In this document: positions 1 to 13,995 of the stretch, one piece after another | Numbering within the stretch: the stretch's first letter is position 1 | Layout: the number at the start of each line of letters is the position of its first letter | NCBI GenBank assembly: GCA_030141605.1 | Contig: JAQGDQ010000210.1 | Coordinates: 310,001 to 374,000 of the forward strand | Source: Tubiluchus corallicola | Lineage: Eukaryota > Animalia > Priapulida | Reading direction: 5' to 3' | Length of the DNA stretch: 64,000 bases | The notes under the pieces: model-generated | Databases searched by the model: none | Told to the model about the DNA's origin: nothing | Seen by the model: the letters and a program-made list of their open reading frames with translations, nothing else | Position numbers and translations under genes: made by a program

Positions 1-281
1 CCCTAAGCTTGTCAGGCGTAAGGTACTAGTAATCCATGTCTCAAATGAAAACTCAGAACTATGACTTTTCGTGAAGTTCAAAGTCTAATACAATTATGTT
101 AAACACAAAAGAGCCTCACCACTTTCTTTTTTTGGTGTTTGAAAACTTGATATAATAGAAATACAAACCAAAGTTTGTTAGCTGAGTTTAGTAGTTGGCA
201 TTGTGGCTTATTTTTGTAGATAGCTACTAACCCACATCTATCTCATTAAAAAGTGTAGTGGCTTTTTATGTACATTTTCAG

Positions 282-475
282 TTGTTGTCAACCGCAACTG
301 CTTCGAAAAGAAAATTGTCTCAGGTGAACACTGCAAATACTCACGATTTGTTAAAGGTGCCATGGACACATGCTACTGCTACACAGACTTTTGCAACTCC
401 GGACACGAGATGGAGCCACTTGCTGTTGCACTGTTGGCAGAAATTGCTGGAGCAGTGTGTCTTATTTATTTCTGA
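282..475 (+). CDS. Terminal exon of a Ly6/uPAR three-finger, Quiver/Sleepless-like GPI-anchored protein (upstream exons lie outside the window)
   Basis: Acceptor ttttcag| at 281, phase 1. Translates VVNRNCFEKKIVSGEHCKYSRFVKGAMDTCYCYTDFCNSGHEMEPLAVALLAEIAGAVCLIYF*. The R-x-C...C-x-C-x-x-D-x-C-N motif followed by a hydrophobic C-terminal tail is typical of this family. AATAAA at 815-820. Confidence 0.8.
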
Positions 476-859
476 CTTTTCGAGGACATGCAAATTACAT
501 TGGAATATCTATGGTTTGAAAATTGTACGGTCGTTGAATGAAAGCGATTTCGTACCATGATTTTGAGCACTTCCTTGAAGATTAAAGCAGCAGCTTACAG
601 CTCTCAGTCAGCCCTAAATACTTTCTAATCTGCCACATCATGTGTCTTGCTGTAGATTTGAACAGCCAAAATAATACGCTGAAACTTATTGTAGTATCTC
701 GTTACTGGTTTCGGCTACTTAAGCAAGTAACACCGGTGTGTCTCCATCACTTTAATGATTTTAACCTTATGTGCACCATTATTGCTTTGTTGTATATATT
801 GTAAGTTATTTAAAAATAAATTGTTGTGCACTACTTTTATTGAATAATATTTAAAAATA

Positions 860-995
860 GCCAAGGAATAGCTGGTTTGTCACGTTAATCGACCGAACTT
901 AAGCCACTTTGAGTCTGATCAATAAATGGATGGGTGACCACTAAAAAACTGCTTCTGGCCAGTTTTTTCTACCATACTACCCACGGTTATTTCTT
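860..995 (+). mobile_element. Degenerate 5S-rRNA-related SINE-like fragment
   Basis: 'gaccgaacttaagccac...ggatgggtgacc' resembles the 5S internal control region (box A/box C). Similar fragments lie at about 36300 and 61400. Confidence 0.4.
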
Positions 996-1552
996 TTGCT
1001 GATAGAGCATCTATCCACCTATAAACATGAGCAAACATTCATGTACAGGGTGTCCCAGAACTCACTATTCACTATTCTCTTTACATTTTTAACGAACAAA
1101 GCAAAGCGTTCTAACGTATTTACACAAGAACTAAAAACTTTGGTAACTCTTTTAGTTAAACTAGACGGAAAGGGAGTATTAATTCACACTTAAACAAAGT
1201 ATGACACCTACATTGGTTCAGTGACTCACTTTAGAGGACCATCCTTGATAAGGAGGTAGAATTTGGTCCCACTACAGTTATTCAGTAACAGTATATCTGT
1301 TGGTATACGGCATTAGATTCTAGCTTGCTGAACTGTATTAAAATTAATCATAGAAATTATAATTTTGTTCGTCAGTGTCGTGTCTTTAGAAATTACTACA
1401 GGTTCTAGTTTAACGCCTGAGAAAATTCAATGGCGTCCAATTGCACTTCGTCCCCCTTAAGCCTCGGACCCAACTGTGAGACAGCATTGCATGTAGCAGA
1501 CAAGACAAGTGTATCCTGAAGCCATTGCATTTTTCATAACAATCTTTAGTTT

Positions 1553-1821
1553 CTCATAACAATGGCGTCAGTCACATCCTGGTAATCAGCCTCGAACTCG
1601 GACCGTGAGCCAAAACTTCAGTGCGGTTCCTGGCGCCAACGAGCGCACTTCATTAGTGAATTCCAGTCTGAGTGTATAATGCTTCATACTCATCTTATCC
1701 ATGTTATTACATTTACAATAAAAGGTTTCTCTAAAACCACCATACTGACTAGTTTTGTGTTGGTGTTCATCGTTGTTACATTGGTCCGTGACCAGGATGT
1801 GATTAGCGCCATTGTTATGAG
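1553..1821. mobile_element. MITE-like element with ~31-bp inverted termini
   Basis: ctcataacaatggcgtcagtcacatcctggt at the left end; accaggatgtgattagcgccattgttatgag at the right end. Confidence 0.55.
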
Positions 1822-3040
1822 CGTTCGGTTACAAATTCTTTAAATCAAATGGAAAAAGGAAACGTTAAAACGATGGGAATGATACGATCTTGCTAACCTG
1901 ATAACAATGTTTTCAAACTCTGAGGGGAATAAATTACAAAAAGGGGATGGAAAAAGAGAATCTCGCCAGGACAAAAAGGAGTTGGAAATTAATAAGAAAT
2001 CATTAAAAGTAAGAAGAAGAAAGACATTGATGCACACGCCAGATCTCGAAATTATGCTAAAGCTAAACTATTGAACCAAGAAATGTTATGAGTCATTTCT
2101 ATACTGAATTATTATCATGCAGCTGTGATTTACGTAGTAAAACCTCTAGATATAGTATATAGAGCCTATATATTAGTACTTAATTATTATGGATCAAGAG
2201 ATTAATGTCATGTTTTGCACAGGTGCGCGTGAATCAGTAATTTCTTGCAAATGAGATCGTGTGACCTTTTCACGTCTAGGTCTGTAATAAAGATCATGGT
2301 CTTCTAATATCTAGATTTATAGGGCTCACTGAAATCTCCCACCTTATTAATTTTTCATGCCCTGGCGGGAAAGTTACACTAATCCTAGTAGTCCTAAGCG
2401 GTTCTCTCCGATTTTCCTTCCAAATTTTCTTTCTGAATTCTTTAAACCTTTTTAAAGGGCGGTACATTTAAAATGACCAAAGTTATTGATTTTAAATAAA
2501 GAATTGGGATAAGGAAATGAAAAGGTCTTCCTGCGCAGGCTTCCATATTTGTTTCTTGGGCGATTTTTTCGAGATCCGCATGGATTTTGCTCCAGCCTAC
2601 TAATCAACATGTCCATTTTCCTCTATTGTCAGCCCAATTGAGTTTTAGAGTAGCTCTAACGTCTGACACCAACAGCGTTAACTGTAAATATTACAGTTTT
2701 GAATTGTGATTAATTTTTTTTTCGTACAGACTGACTAAAAACATTGAGCACTCGAGGCTGAGGTTCTGGCCATGTAAGAGGCTGCAAACTAATGTTAATA
2801 TTGTGGTGGGACCTTCAAAAGATGATCTTCAAAGATGAGACAATGAAGCGGAAAGATATCTTAGCCATGTTGAATGCATGTAAATCGTTTCTAAACGAGT
2901 GAAATAACCAGAGCAGTAAATGAAACCGTTCAAAATCAGCTCAAAACTTGCAAACTACCAAAATCAGAATTGAACTTGCACGTGTCTATTAATCAGAACT
3001 TTAAATTTGCGTTAAAGTCATAAGACTCGTTACCAAGTTT

Positions 3041-3740
3041 CAGAGATGAGCGGATAACGGACTCCGGTCATGCGTTTGTGGAATCCGCACTAATTTTACG
3101 GATTGGGGATTTCGCGGATATTGAATTAAGGACGGATATGTTGTGCGGATTTTGATGCCTAAAACGCGGATTGTACGCGAAATTGCAGCACTTGCGTAAG
3201 ATGAATTTTCAAGTGTTTACACGAAAAGTTTACCCAATTTCAGTTCGTTAAGCATTCCCTTGTGCATTAAAATGTTTGTTGCCACATTAAACACCTTTCA
3301 ACACTACTTCAGTTTAAAATGTCCTCATCACCTCTTGCCTTATCACTTCTTCCCAATATTTTGCCTGGAAATTTCTACACGCAAAACGTAGCTTATAATT
3401 ACAAATATTACCATTTTTTTACTCGAGCCTATTTATGGTTTGTGGTGTGATGGGCATGATATAGTTGAGTGATGTACTATGTACGTCGTGCTGTGTGAGT
3501 TGTCGTTGAAGGTTTACAAGCAAAGTTGGGTCTGGCGAGTAATTTGCTATTGATCAGCGATTAACAACTCCTAGCTTCATACAAGAAACCCGTTATAGGG
3601 CACACATAGCAAACCTAGTTGTTGCCATTTTTGCGGATAACGCGGATATGCGGATATTCAATTATATCTCAATCGTCGCTTTACTGATGCGGATATATAC
3701 AGTTGCGGATAAACGACAAAATGATATCCCCCCATCTTTG
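3041..3740. mobile_element. Degenerate non-autonomous DNA transposon with GCGGAT subterminal repeats
   Basis: Imperfect termini cagagatgagcggata / tatccccccatctttg, with many gcggat motifs near both ends. No clear TSD. Confidence 0.4.
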
Positions 3741-5547
3741 GCAAGAATATTGATACGTAATTAAGATAATGAAGACAGATCTTAAAAGAAAAGTTACGCT
3801 GTCATTCAAAGCATATTTCCTAGCAAAAGAATGCCGAACAAACATATGACAATATCACACACTGACTCTGCTCAATCCCATTCTCTTTCATGTAGGCAAT
3901 ACAATTCATAATCAATTGTAAATGAGTAAAGCTTGCCTCACTACAAAAACGAGTTGTTTCGTGACACGTAAATAAAAGAAGACGATAACTGAATTTTGTT
4001 ATTTTTAATTTTATTGTGATTTTCAATCGTGTTATAATCCATTTGCATAGATATATAATAGCGAAATATTTGACCATTCCTAAAGCCTACACTGTACACT
4101 GTTATTCAACGCCACCTGTAGCGCGACTGTGCATGACGTCACAGTGACTTGCAAAGGATTGGTCTAATAAAAAATATTCTTACTGCAGCGACATTACACC
4201 TTAACAAATGTGCATAGTTAAAAAATAATTAAAGTACAAGCTATATAATAGTTAATAAAACGTAACTTTGATATTAAATAAGTGTTACTATATATATAGA
4301 TGTGCAATTCAAAAAATTAACAATCACGTATTTAACCATTACCTGATACAATTAACCGAAAACATGTATAAAAATAATACCACAGGTTCCATCTATAAAA
4401 CTATATTTTAGACGGTTGAAAATATTTCACAAATCAAAACAACTTATTATATGAAATCTAGTTAAATCACCATTTTTCGGATGGCTTCTCTAATACCGTG
4501 AATTTCTACACGTTCCGAAATGTTACTACTATATACATTTAGTAAATCGTTAAAGATTTAACCGCCTACGTTGTCACTTAAATAGACTGCGCTATGTGAC
4601 TTCCATTTTTAAAACTTCGTACAGAGTCACGCTGTTTACAGGCACGTCTTTTCTGATGTCCAAACACCTAAAAAGGTTTTTTGGAGCGCGCGGTTTAAAG
4701 CGAGTTTGAATGGACCAAGCACCATTTCCTTATACATAAAGATCAACCTGGCTGTAACCTTTATTTCAACTCTTTTATTTCTACACCAGTGGTCATTTCT
4801 TTCGTTGCCTCTTCCTTAGCTTATAGAGTAAATATTAAAAATTTGTCATTAATTTTTAGACAACTTTCTTTTCTTAACTGATGTACGTTTATTCTGGCAC
4901 ACTTCACTTTAAGTTATCTTACCTTACCTTACTTTATCTTACCTTACCTTGCTATCTACTTCTACTACATGTACAATTGTCTAAATTAGTGCTTATGCAG
5001 TTGCAAAATTGAACTGCTTATTAGTTAATGCAGGTGACAAAATTATTGCCGGTAATACACACCTGTTATTACAAATGAAAAAGCAGAGTTACAAACATTC
5101 ACCTGTAATATAGCTTTAAAACCAGTTATAATGTCGTATAATTAATTAACCTATTAGTACGAAAGCTGGTTGATAATTATATGAATTAATATCACACCAT
5201 AATCAAGCATTGATATAATAAATTAATAAATACATTAGCAAGTTTCTAGCACATTCTAAAATCCGAAAGCTGTTATAACAGCCAATGTTACTGACATTGA
5301 CTGTATGCGACGTCACAGCAAAACGCTATAAATAATATTAAATAAACTATCATGTCAATTATATAATACGTAAACAGAATGAAAAATAATTATTGTAGAA
5401 AGCAGTATATATACATATACTACAGTGAAAAGTAACCTGCAGGAGTAGACCTAACCTAGTTAATTTCTGTGCCAACTATATTCACACAGTACTGCACAGT
5501 GACGCGTATAACGTTCTCCTAAACTGCAAACATAAAAAGGAGTGTTT

Positions 5548-6009
5548 TTACTGTCCCCCTTTTACTATTTCAGTTTTTTTGTCAATCGCATGAAGTACTC
5601 GTTTTCCCATTGCCGCAATTTGTTCCAAGGCTTTCTCTCCTTCGTGCTTAATTTGTTCGATTGCCCTTTTTGCTTCATCTTTTACAGTGCCTGCTGCCGC
5701 TAACTCTGAACTTGTTTCAACAACTTCAACAGCAGGAACAGGTGCAGGTTCTTCTGGAGGTCCCAAGGGTTCAAAAACCGGAAATTGGCCTGGCGGGGGC
5801 GCTGTAATAATCCAGTCACTTGGAGGCCCGTCAAGAAACTGAGAGAGATCTTTGAATGAGACCTGCGGTAAATCTGATTCCCCTGGTGGTGGTCTGGCGC
5901 CTCCTAGTAGTGGATGCAACATATGTTGTTCATTTGCTGACTGTACTGGAGGTTTTTGTTGGTCCAATGTGGGCAGGTCACTGCGTGGTCGAAGTTTTGG
6001 GCCGATTTC
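5548..6009 (-). CDS. Secreted protein A, exon 2 (Pro-rich region plus C-terminal 11-mer helical repeats; 176 aa in total)
   Basis: Acceptor tctttgtag|GAA ATC at 6009, in frame with ORF 5548..5967: EIGPKLRPRSDLPTLDQQKPP...VKDEAKRAIEQ IKHEGEKALEQ IAAMGKRVLHA IDKKTEIVKGGQ*. Confidence 0.8.
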   Translation of the reverse strand, partial: EIGPKLRPRSDLPTLDQQKPPVQSANEQHMLHPLLGGARPPPGESDLPQVSFKDLSQFLDGPPSDWIITAPPPGQFPVFEPLGPPEEPAPVPAVEVVETSSELAAAGTVKDEAKRAIEQIKHEGEKALEQIAAMGKRVLHAIDKKTEIVKGGQ

Positions 6010-6682
6010 CTACAAAGAGAGATATCAATTTTTGTCCTAATGGTGTTGTGAAACCGCATGATTTATTGTTGAACACTCAATGCAAAATTACAGTTTTATG
6101 TTAATGACTGTTACGTAAGACAGCAAACGTTTAAAATATAAGCTACAGAATGAGACAAATGTCATCAGAAATGCTGTCCAGGAAAAGTTTTTTAAACAAA
6201 GTAGGCCTACGTGTAATTTTACTTCTCTTACAGCAATGTTGTAACGATTCTTTGACTACTTTTCTCTGGTACATTTATCAAAAAAAAATATTGAAAATGG
6301 ACAGCCATCACTAAAACCCGTTAGTTAAAGTTGTGGTAATTTGCAGAACTGTTTCTTGCAATATGTAACGCGTTCCTGTAGTTGTATAGTATGTCTTACA
6401 CCAGTTTACCAAATAACAGTTTTTCTTGAAAGCCTGCCCAAGTTAAGGGTGTAAGAATACCATAGGAATTCTTGTAAATTCTTGTAAAATAGTTATCAGG
6501 TTACCTGGATCATGCGATATGACCGGGTCCGACGAATTGTAATAAATTGACTTTTTAGCCACTGCAAATGTTTTGTTACGTACAACAATTTAGTTTTTAG
6601 ATCTTTACCACTTTTGTTCTTTACCGTATTTACCACCCCTGTAATGCATTTTGCCAGTTTAGCAGTAAAAATACAGACATAC

Positions 6683-6751
6683 CTGTCCCAAGACGCTGAT
6701 GAGACTTAACGTAAGCACCAGGAACACCGAAACAATGAATTTTGTCAGCAT
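6683..6751 (-). CDS. Secreted protein A, exon 1 (signal peptide)
   Basis: MLTKFIVSVFLVLTLSLISVLGQ followed by a CAG|GTATGT donor. Phase 0 matches exon 2. Confidence 0.8.
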
Positions 6752-6829
6752 ATTCGTAGCCGATAGCAATGCCCCCACCGAGGGCCCTCAACTGTTGTCT
6801 AACGGAAGCCTCTCCCTCAAGTGTAAAAG

Positions 6830-6890
6830 TTACTGAAACTATAACACTCCAGCCGACAGCTTGTCTCAGCTTACGTCATATACGTAGGAC
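6830..6890 (-). promoter_or_regulatory. Candidate core promoter of gene A
   Basis: Minus strand reads CTACGTATA-TGACGTAA (CRE-like) ... TTTCAGTA (Inr-like), about 80 bp upstream of the ATG. Confidence 0.35.
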
Positions 6891-7599
6891 GATGAGAATA
6901 ATGATGAGCAGCCTGTTCATGTCACTAATAAGGTATTGCTCGCGGTATAATGATTAATAACCACGTACCCTGACAGACAGATGTTCCTTGCATTAATTAG
7001 CAAACTGGTGAATTCATAACAACACTACAGTAAATATAATGTATTTCAGTTGTGAAATTTTCATCGGCATGTATGTAGAGAGTTTAAGTGTGTGAACAAT
7101 CTTGTTAGATATAGATTTTGCAATTCCTGCTCCTGTTGCGATTTTGCATCCTTAGCCATACTTAACATGTTACTCTTACTTACTATAAATTAAAGTTTAA
7201 AAAATACCATGGTGTAGAATACTACTATGATTTAAAAAATTGTTTAAAGTTTAATGCTATATTGAACTTTACTGCATTTCGTAAGCGTACACCCAATTCC
7301 TACTACATAATGTATTGAAATTATTTTAACTTGAATGATCACTGATTACCATTTCTAATAGCCGAACTGTTACAAAAACGATAAATTTCTTTTTTTGGAT
7401 AACCAACCGTTTTAATACAAGATTTGTAAGACTGATTGACTTAAAAAAAGCAATGATATGAAGAGAATAGCAAATGGAGAATATCTGCATATCAGTAGAG
7501 TGTCGCTATAACAAGATTATTAACATTTAGGATGTAACCTGCATTTGTGTTACTGTTAATCAATGTTTTTAACTTAAGCTTGTATTACGGAATTTTTCT

Positions 7600-8095
7600 T
7601 GCTAAGTGATCTGTTTCTAAATTGCTGATGTAGCTTCTCTATTACATGTCTATAGTCAAACTATCATTAGGAGTTCGTACACAAACACCCAGTGAATTGT
7701 GTCTTATTGAAGCAGACATACCATCCTGTCGGGCTAGAATAAGAAACGTTCAGAAAAATGGTTTGCTAAGGCCAGTTCACACATCCTCCATTATATTTAG
7801 GTTTGTACTTAATCTGTGTCGTCAAGCTAGGACAAGCTAGGACAAGGTATATTGATACCTTATTAGCAAATGACAATTTAAATTTAATTGATCAAGATTT
7901 CAGTGATATTTGGGCTTATGTAAGAAATAAACAATAAGACTAGATATACTCGGTATGTGCGTTTTAATCCAGATTTGAAATACCTCCATATATACCACAA
8001 CGATGATATGCCTGAATTTTCATGCATTAGTACCTCTCGTTTGTTACTGTCTTCGCAGGTTGGTGGTAGAAATAGAAAGGTGGTCGAGAATTCCA
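7600..8095 (+). mobile_element. Decayed non-LTR retrotransposon 3' fragment
   Basis: Broken reading frames: VKLSLGVRTQTPSELCLIEA, then an ISTSRLLLSS..LVVE..RW-like segment. This resembles the LINE ORF2 C-terminal 'R.S.H.L.IE.GR' motif. Confidence 0.5.
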
Positions 8096-8849
8096 CGAGA
8101 GAGAAGGACGTGTGAGTGTGGGTCTTAGTATTCAAGACGAAAAACATGTGCTTTTCGCACGCTCCCTATCTGCTAGTAAAGTAAACTATATTCGTCAACA
8201 TTATAGTGCTATACCCCAGCTAATTTTTGATGCAGAGCCTAAGCTACTCCACTTGAAATCGGTTTGCTGCGAAATTCATGAAATGTGAAGTGTTTGAACG
8301 TTATAATTATGGCTTTTTTGTTATTTTTACCTTTTTTTTCTCAGCTTGAGTCGAAATATTCCATTATTTATTTTCGCAAGTATTATTTAGTACAACTGTT
8401 CATTCTCTGTCTACAGCGAATGTAATCGTTGCAAAAATACATTATATATTATGTTATTTAGTACGCTTCGCATACTTCGATAATCTTACATGTGTTTTGT
8501 ACTTACGAAATTTCTCTTACAGAATAGAACTTCACATGGACTGTTTTACTTACAAAAAATGTATATATATATATCGGTATATTAACTTGTCGAAGGTTGA
8601 CAGTACAAGGTGGAAGTCCTGCTGAATATGGCTGCCGTGGTTGTGCTGGTGCAGGTATCATGGCTGTAGTACTTTCAACTGTACATAACAACTGATTTCG
8701 TTAGTGGCAAAACTGCCCTGTTACAGGTTTTAAACTGCAAACAACTGCAGTGCGATCTTGATTCACTTTCCTTGAAGGCAGATCTGAATGGAATGATATT
8801 CCATCCTGCCTAATCTAAAGTAATCTCTATTGGTGACGGTTATGTTTGT

Positions 8850-9480
8850 GATTATCAAATGGCTGATGAAAATCATGCACCAGTTTCATTAATCTATTCG
8901 TCATCTGAGCGTGACTTGAGGGCAACATATATTCGAACTTATTAAAAAGGCGAAGCAGATATTAACTATCATCAAGCGAAATTTGCGACATTTGGATTTT
9001 AACACATTTAAACTATTATACTTGGCATTGATTCGGTCTAGATTAGAATATGCTAGCTCAGTTTATAATATGCGAAGAGTCTACGTTATGGATCCTTAGA
9101 AAACATTCAGATGAGGGCTTTTAAGTGTTGCAATCAGCTAGATGACTTATCGTACTCTGGGCAACTGAAAAACTTTTGGTTAATGACTTTGAGTTATAGA
9201 CGTCTAACAGGCCAGCTGATTGACTGTTACAAATTAGTAAGCGGAATTTATTCTACAAACGTGTCACCATTACAGTTTATAGTAAACCGTACGGTTCGTG
9301 AAGGACCAGTGTTGCAACAGCCTCGTACAAAACATTAAACTGGTTGTCATGATTTCTTTTCGTGTACGATTCCGCCTATTTGCAATAAGATTCCTGCATC
9401 AGTTACACTTTCATCATCAGTGAACATTTTCAAAAATTCGTCAGATGAACGTTTTAGTGAGCACCTGGTGCAATACGATC
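8850..9480 (+). mobile_element. Decayed CR1-clade LINE 3' fragment
   Basis: YLALIRSRLEYASSVYN ... LENIQMRAFK ... LSYSGQLK ... TLSYRRLTGQLIDCYKLV, interrupted by frameshifts. Confidence 0.7.
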
Positions 9481-9628
9481 ATCGAGCTTTGTTATCCCTG
9501 CCACCTCCACATATGCTTGATCATGTATTATAATAAATGAATGTTCTGTATGCGTGTCAGAAATTTATGTTATATTGTTAACCACGAGTTCGAAAGTTCT
9601 TCGGAACTACATGAAAACTAAACTGCTA

Positions 9629-10875
<1,247 letters not shown>

Positions 10876-11250
10876 TAATCGTGTTTGCTTCACTGTCATT
10901 AGTAATCTTTCAAAGGAATAAAACTTGGAAACCAAATACCTGATGTTACATCGCCAACTTGCTGATTCTAATATGTGCTCACTGATGAGTCACTCGCATT
11001 CAAATTTAAGGTAACAGATTTGGCTACCGCTGTGACAGGAATAGGGCACATGTATGTAGTGGTAACCCTTAAACTACTCTGTCTAAAAAGGCTCCTACCA
11101 AAAACAGGATTGTACAAGCAAAAGCAAAAAAATTATTCTTGCATTACAAACTGCAAAATTTCTCTTTGAAGTGCACTGAAATTAGGCTAACAAGAAACAA
11201 TAGTGTTTATTCGACTGGCATGCTGAAATCGTCACCTTGTAGTGGATCCT

Positions 11251-11293
11251 CTACGTATAAGGCTACAAAACTAAAATCAAAATAAAATCAGTA
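11251..11293 (+). promoter_or_regulatory. Candidate TATA plus initiator promoter of gene B
   Basis: ctacgTATAAgg at 11256 and Inr-like TCAGTA at 11288, about 32 bp apart and about 155 bp upstream of the ATG. Confidence 0.45.
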
Positions 11294-11445
11294 TTCTTGA
11301 AGGCGTGTTCATTTATGTAATGAGGATTGTACTGAGCCATCTATGGGGTTAACAGATGACATAACCGTCTCTCCTTTCAATGTACTTCCTTTGCCTCATT
11401 GAGGAGTAAGACACGGAGATTTCCTCAGCGTATTGTTACACAAAA

Positions 11446-11529
11446 ATGGCTTCTACGGTGTTTCTGTTTTGCGTCTTCTTTGTGAGCTTTTCTGTGTTGA
11501 TTGAACGAACTACTGGCCAAGATACTCAG
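11446..11529 (+). CDS. Secreted precursor B, exon 1 (signal peptide)
   Basis: caaaaATGG context; MASTVFLFCVFFVSFSVLIERTTGQDTQ followed by CAG|GTAAGT, phase 0. Confidence 0.8.
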
Positions 11530-11857
11530 GTAAGTAATCATCTACATGATTACTTTCAACCTAGATGTTTTAAGATTCGTTCAGGTAAGTAATCATCTAC
11601 ATGAGTACTTTCAACCTAGATGTTTTAAGGTTCGTTCAGGTAAGTAATCATCTACATGAGTACTTTCAACCTAGATGTTTTAAGGTTCGTTCAGGTAAGT
11701 AATCATCTACATGAGTACTTTCAACCTAGATGTTTTAAGATTCGTTCTAGTAAGTAATCATCTACATGATTACTTTCAACCTAAATGTTTTAAGGTTCGT
11801 TCAGGTAAGTAATCATCTACATGATTACTTTCAACCTAGATGTTTTAAGATGCGTTC
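11526..11857. repeat. 55-bp tandem repeat, 6 copies, each starting with the exon-1 splice donor
   Basis: Unit tcaggtaagtaatcatctacatga(g/t)tactttcaacctagatgttttaag(a/g)ttcgt starts at 11526, 11581, 11636, 11691, 11746 (variant) and 11801. Confidence 0.95.
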
Positions 11858-12041
11858 TTGTTTCAAGTGAGTGAACATCAGAACTGCAGGGTATAGCACA
11901 CAAAGCCTTAACCACCACTGCTTGTGATATCTTAGCTGCATACGTGTTTGAAATCCCCAATGCATGTAGTGTTTTAGTTGCATAAGCGTTTCAAACCATT
12001 ATTGTTTGTGGTTAGCTAATTATGCTTCCACAAATTTCCAA

Positions 12042-12252
12042 GTTTGGTTTTGACTCCTGCACTGCTTGTGGTGTACCAGCTACATAAGGGTTTGGTTTTT
12101 ACTCCTGCATAGCTTGTGGTGTATGAGCTGCATAAGGGTTTGGTTTTTACTCCTGCACTGCTTGTGGTGTATCAGCTGCATAAGGGTTTGGCTTTTACTC
12201 CTGCACTGCTTGTGGTGTATGAGCTGCATAAGGGTTTGGTTTTTACTCCTGC
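12042..12252. repeat. 48-bp minisatellite, ~4.4 copies
   Basis: Unit ggtttggtttttactcctgcactgcttgtggtgtatgagctgcataag. Confidence 0.93.
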
Positions 12253-12596
12253 AAGTAAGCATTGATCATGCACCGATATCCAGTGAATCAAACTTTCTAA
12301 ATAATAGCCTACATAAACTATTATCACATGAAAGAAGTAAAATAAATGCAACTTCAGACAAATAGCTGCGCTGCTATAAGGTTGCTGGCGTTGATATAAT
12401 TCTTTTTAAATCCTAACACATTATAATAATAATTTCGTTTAGAACATAGTACAAGAATAAGACCTTAAAGTAACTCAATACTTATTTCCAAGGTGGTCCC
12501 GATTATTATTGCCAGCACATTATTAAGCTAAAAATTAAATTTATTTATTCTGTTTGAAATCAAATTGGTTTATCTCATTTTTTCAGTGTTATTTAT

Positions 12597-13057
12597 GGTT
12601 TAGGCAGTATAAGGATTTAGTATGTTTAATGTGAGCGTAGCTCAACCGTAGCGTGCTCGCTTACCACCCGTTGAGCGTAAATGGTAGCGTGGTCGCTTAC
12701 CACCCATTGAGCGTAAATGGTAGCGCGGTCGCTTACCACCCGTTGATCGTAAATGGTAGCGTAGTGGCTTACCACCCGTTGAGCGTAAATGGTAGCGTAG
12801 TGGCTTACCACCCGTTGAGCGTAAATGGTAGTGTGGTCGCTTACCACCCGTTGAGCGTAAATGGTAGCGTGGTTGCTTACCACCCGTTGAGCGTAAATGG
12901 TAGCGTGCTCGCTTACCACCCGTTGAGCGTAAATGGTAGCGCGGTCGCTTACCACCCGTTGATCGTAAATGGTAGCGTGGTGGCTTACCACCCGAGAAGT
13001 CGCTACCATTGAGCTATGCTCACATTAAACATACTAGGTCCTTATACTGCCTAAACC
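12597..13057. mobile_element. Foldback/MITE: ~57-bp TIRs enclosing ~10 copies of a 36-bp repeat
   Basis: ggtttaggcagtataaggatttagtatgtttaatgtgagcgtagctcaa at the left and its reverse complement at about 13001-13057. Internal unit cccgttgagcgtaaatggtagcgtggtcgcttacca. Confidence 0.85.
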
Positions 13058-13995
13058 GTCAACTGTCACGTTTTCTCCAATGAAATAACGTTTTATAAGG
13101 TCTAACTATAAATTATTAATCTAAATGCAAACGTCCTTGGAAAGACACGAGAATTAAATATTGGAACGTGGCGAAGATAGGCCTACTTCTCCTGGCTCAG
13201 AGGATTTGTTTCGCTAATCAATAAATAATAGTAACATCCAATCTGCTATCTTATTTAAAGAAGCCAATGAGAAGTTTTGTTACTACTGATAAATTATTTC
13301 TAATCTCAAGAAGCAAACATATTAGTTACAGTGTGATCAAAACGTTTTATACAGGCTCCACGTGATTTCAGCAAAAAAACGCAGTTCAATATAATTGGAT
13401 TTACAATAAACAATTGGATTGTTTATCATCATAGAAGCAAGCGGTACTGTGATTAGTATAGTCAGGTATTATGTGGGGCGGTATTTGGGTGTGACCCCTT
13501 TTTTGCCTTGCTATATTGAATGTATTGTCATTTTAATAAATGACATTTTATCAACTAATTTCATTCTTTGTGGTTTTGCAAAAAAACTAGCTGGGTTCGG
13601 TCAGTTTTACGTTCAGGTCAGTTTTATGGACATTAGCTTACAAAAAAGACATGTCGATCAGTCTACATTGCGCTACATAAACAGACTGAATTACTCCGAT
13701 CACACATCTGCAGACTAAATAACTGAAGAGACTGAAACCACTTAAGTGTTCCAAATAGGTAAGATACTCTAATGGGAATAAGCTCATTATTTGCTGCAGG
13801 TAATGGTTGATACTCTTCCAATCGAAGTAATGGGCACTAAGTAGCTTTTCGTTTGTAGGACGTGTAAATAGAAAGATGAGCTTGTTAGCTTATTATTACT
13901 AAACGATAAGAGCATGAAGCTTTTCAATTACATATTACGGTTTTCTCTAACAGCTGTTGTGTGCTACTTGTAAAATGATTCAGCGTCCCTGGCAA

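Noticed and set aside
258-560. 100-aa ORF in the track
   Set aside because: Wrong frame; the spliced Cys-patterned frame at 282-475 explains the region.
12626-13012. 36-bp array as a CRISPR or a repeat protein
   Set aside because: Units are contiguous with no unique spacers, there are no cas genes, the context is eukaryotic, and the array is enclosed by TIRs.
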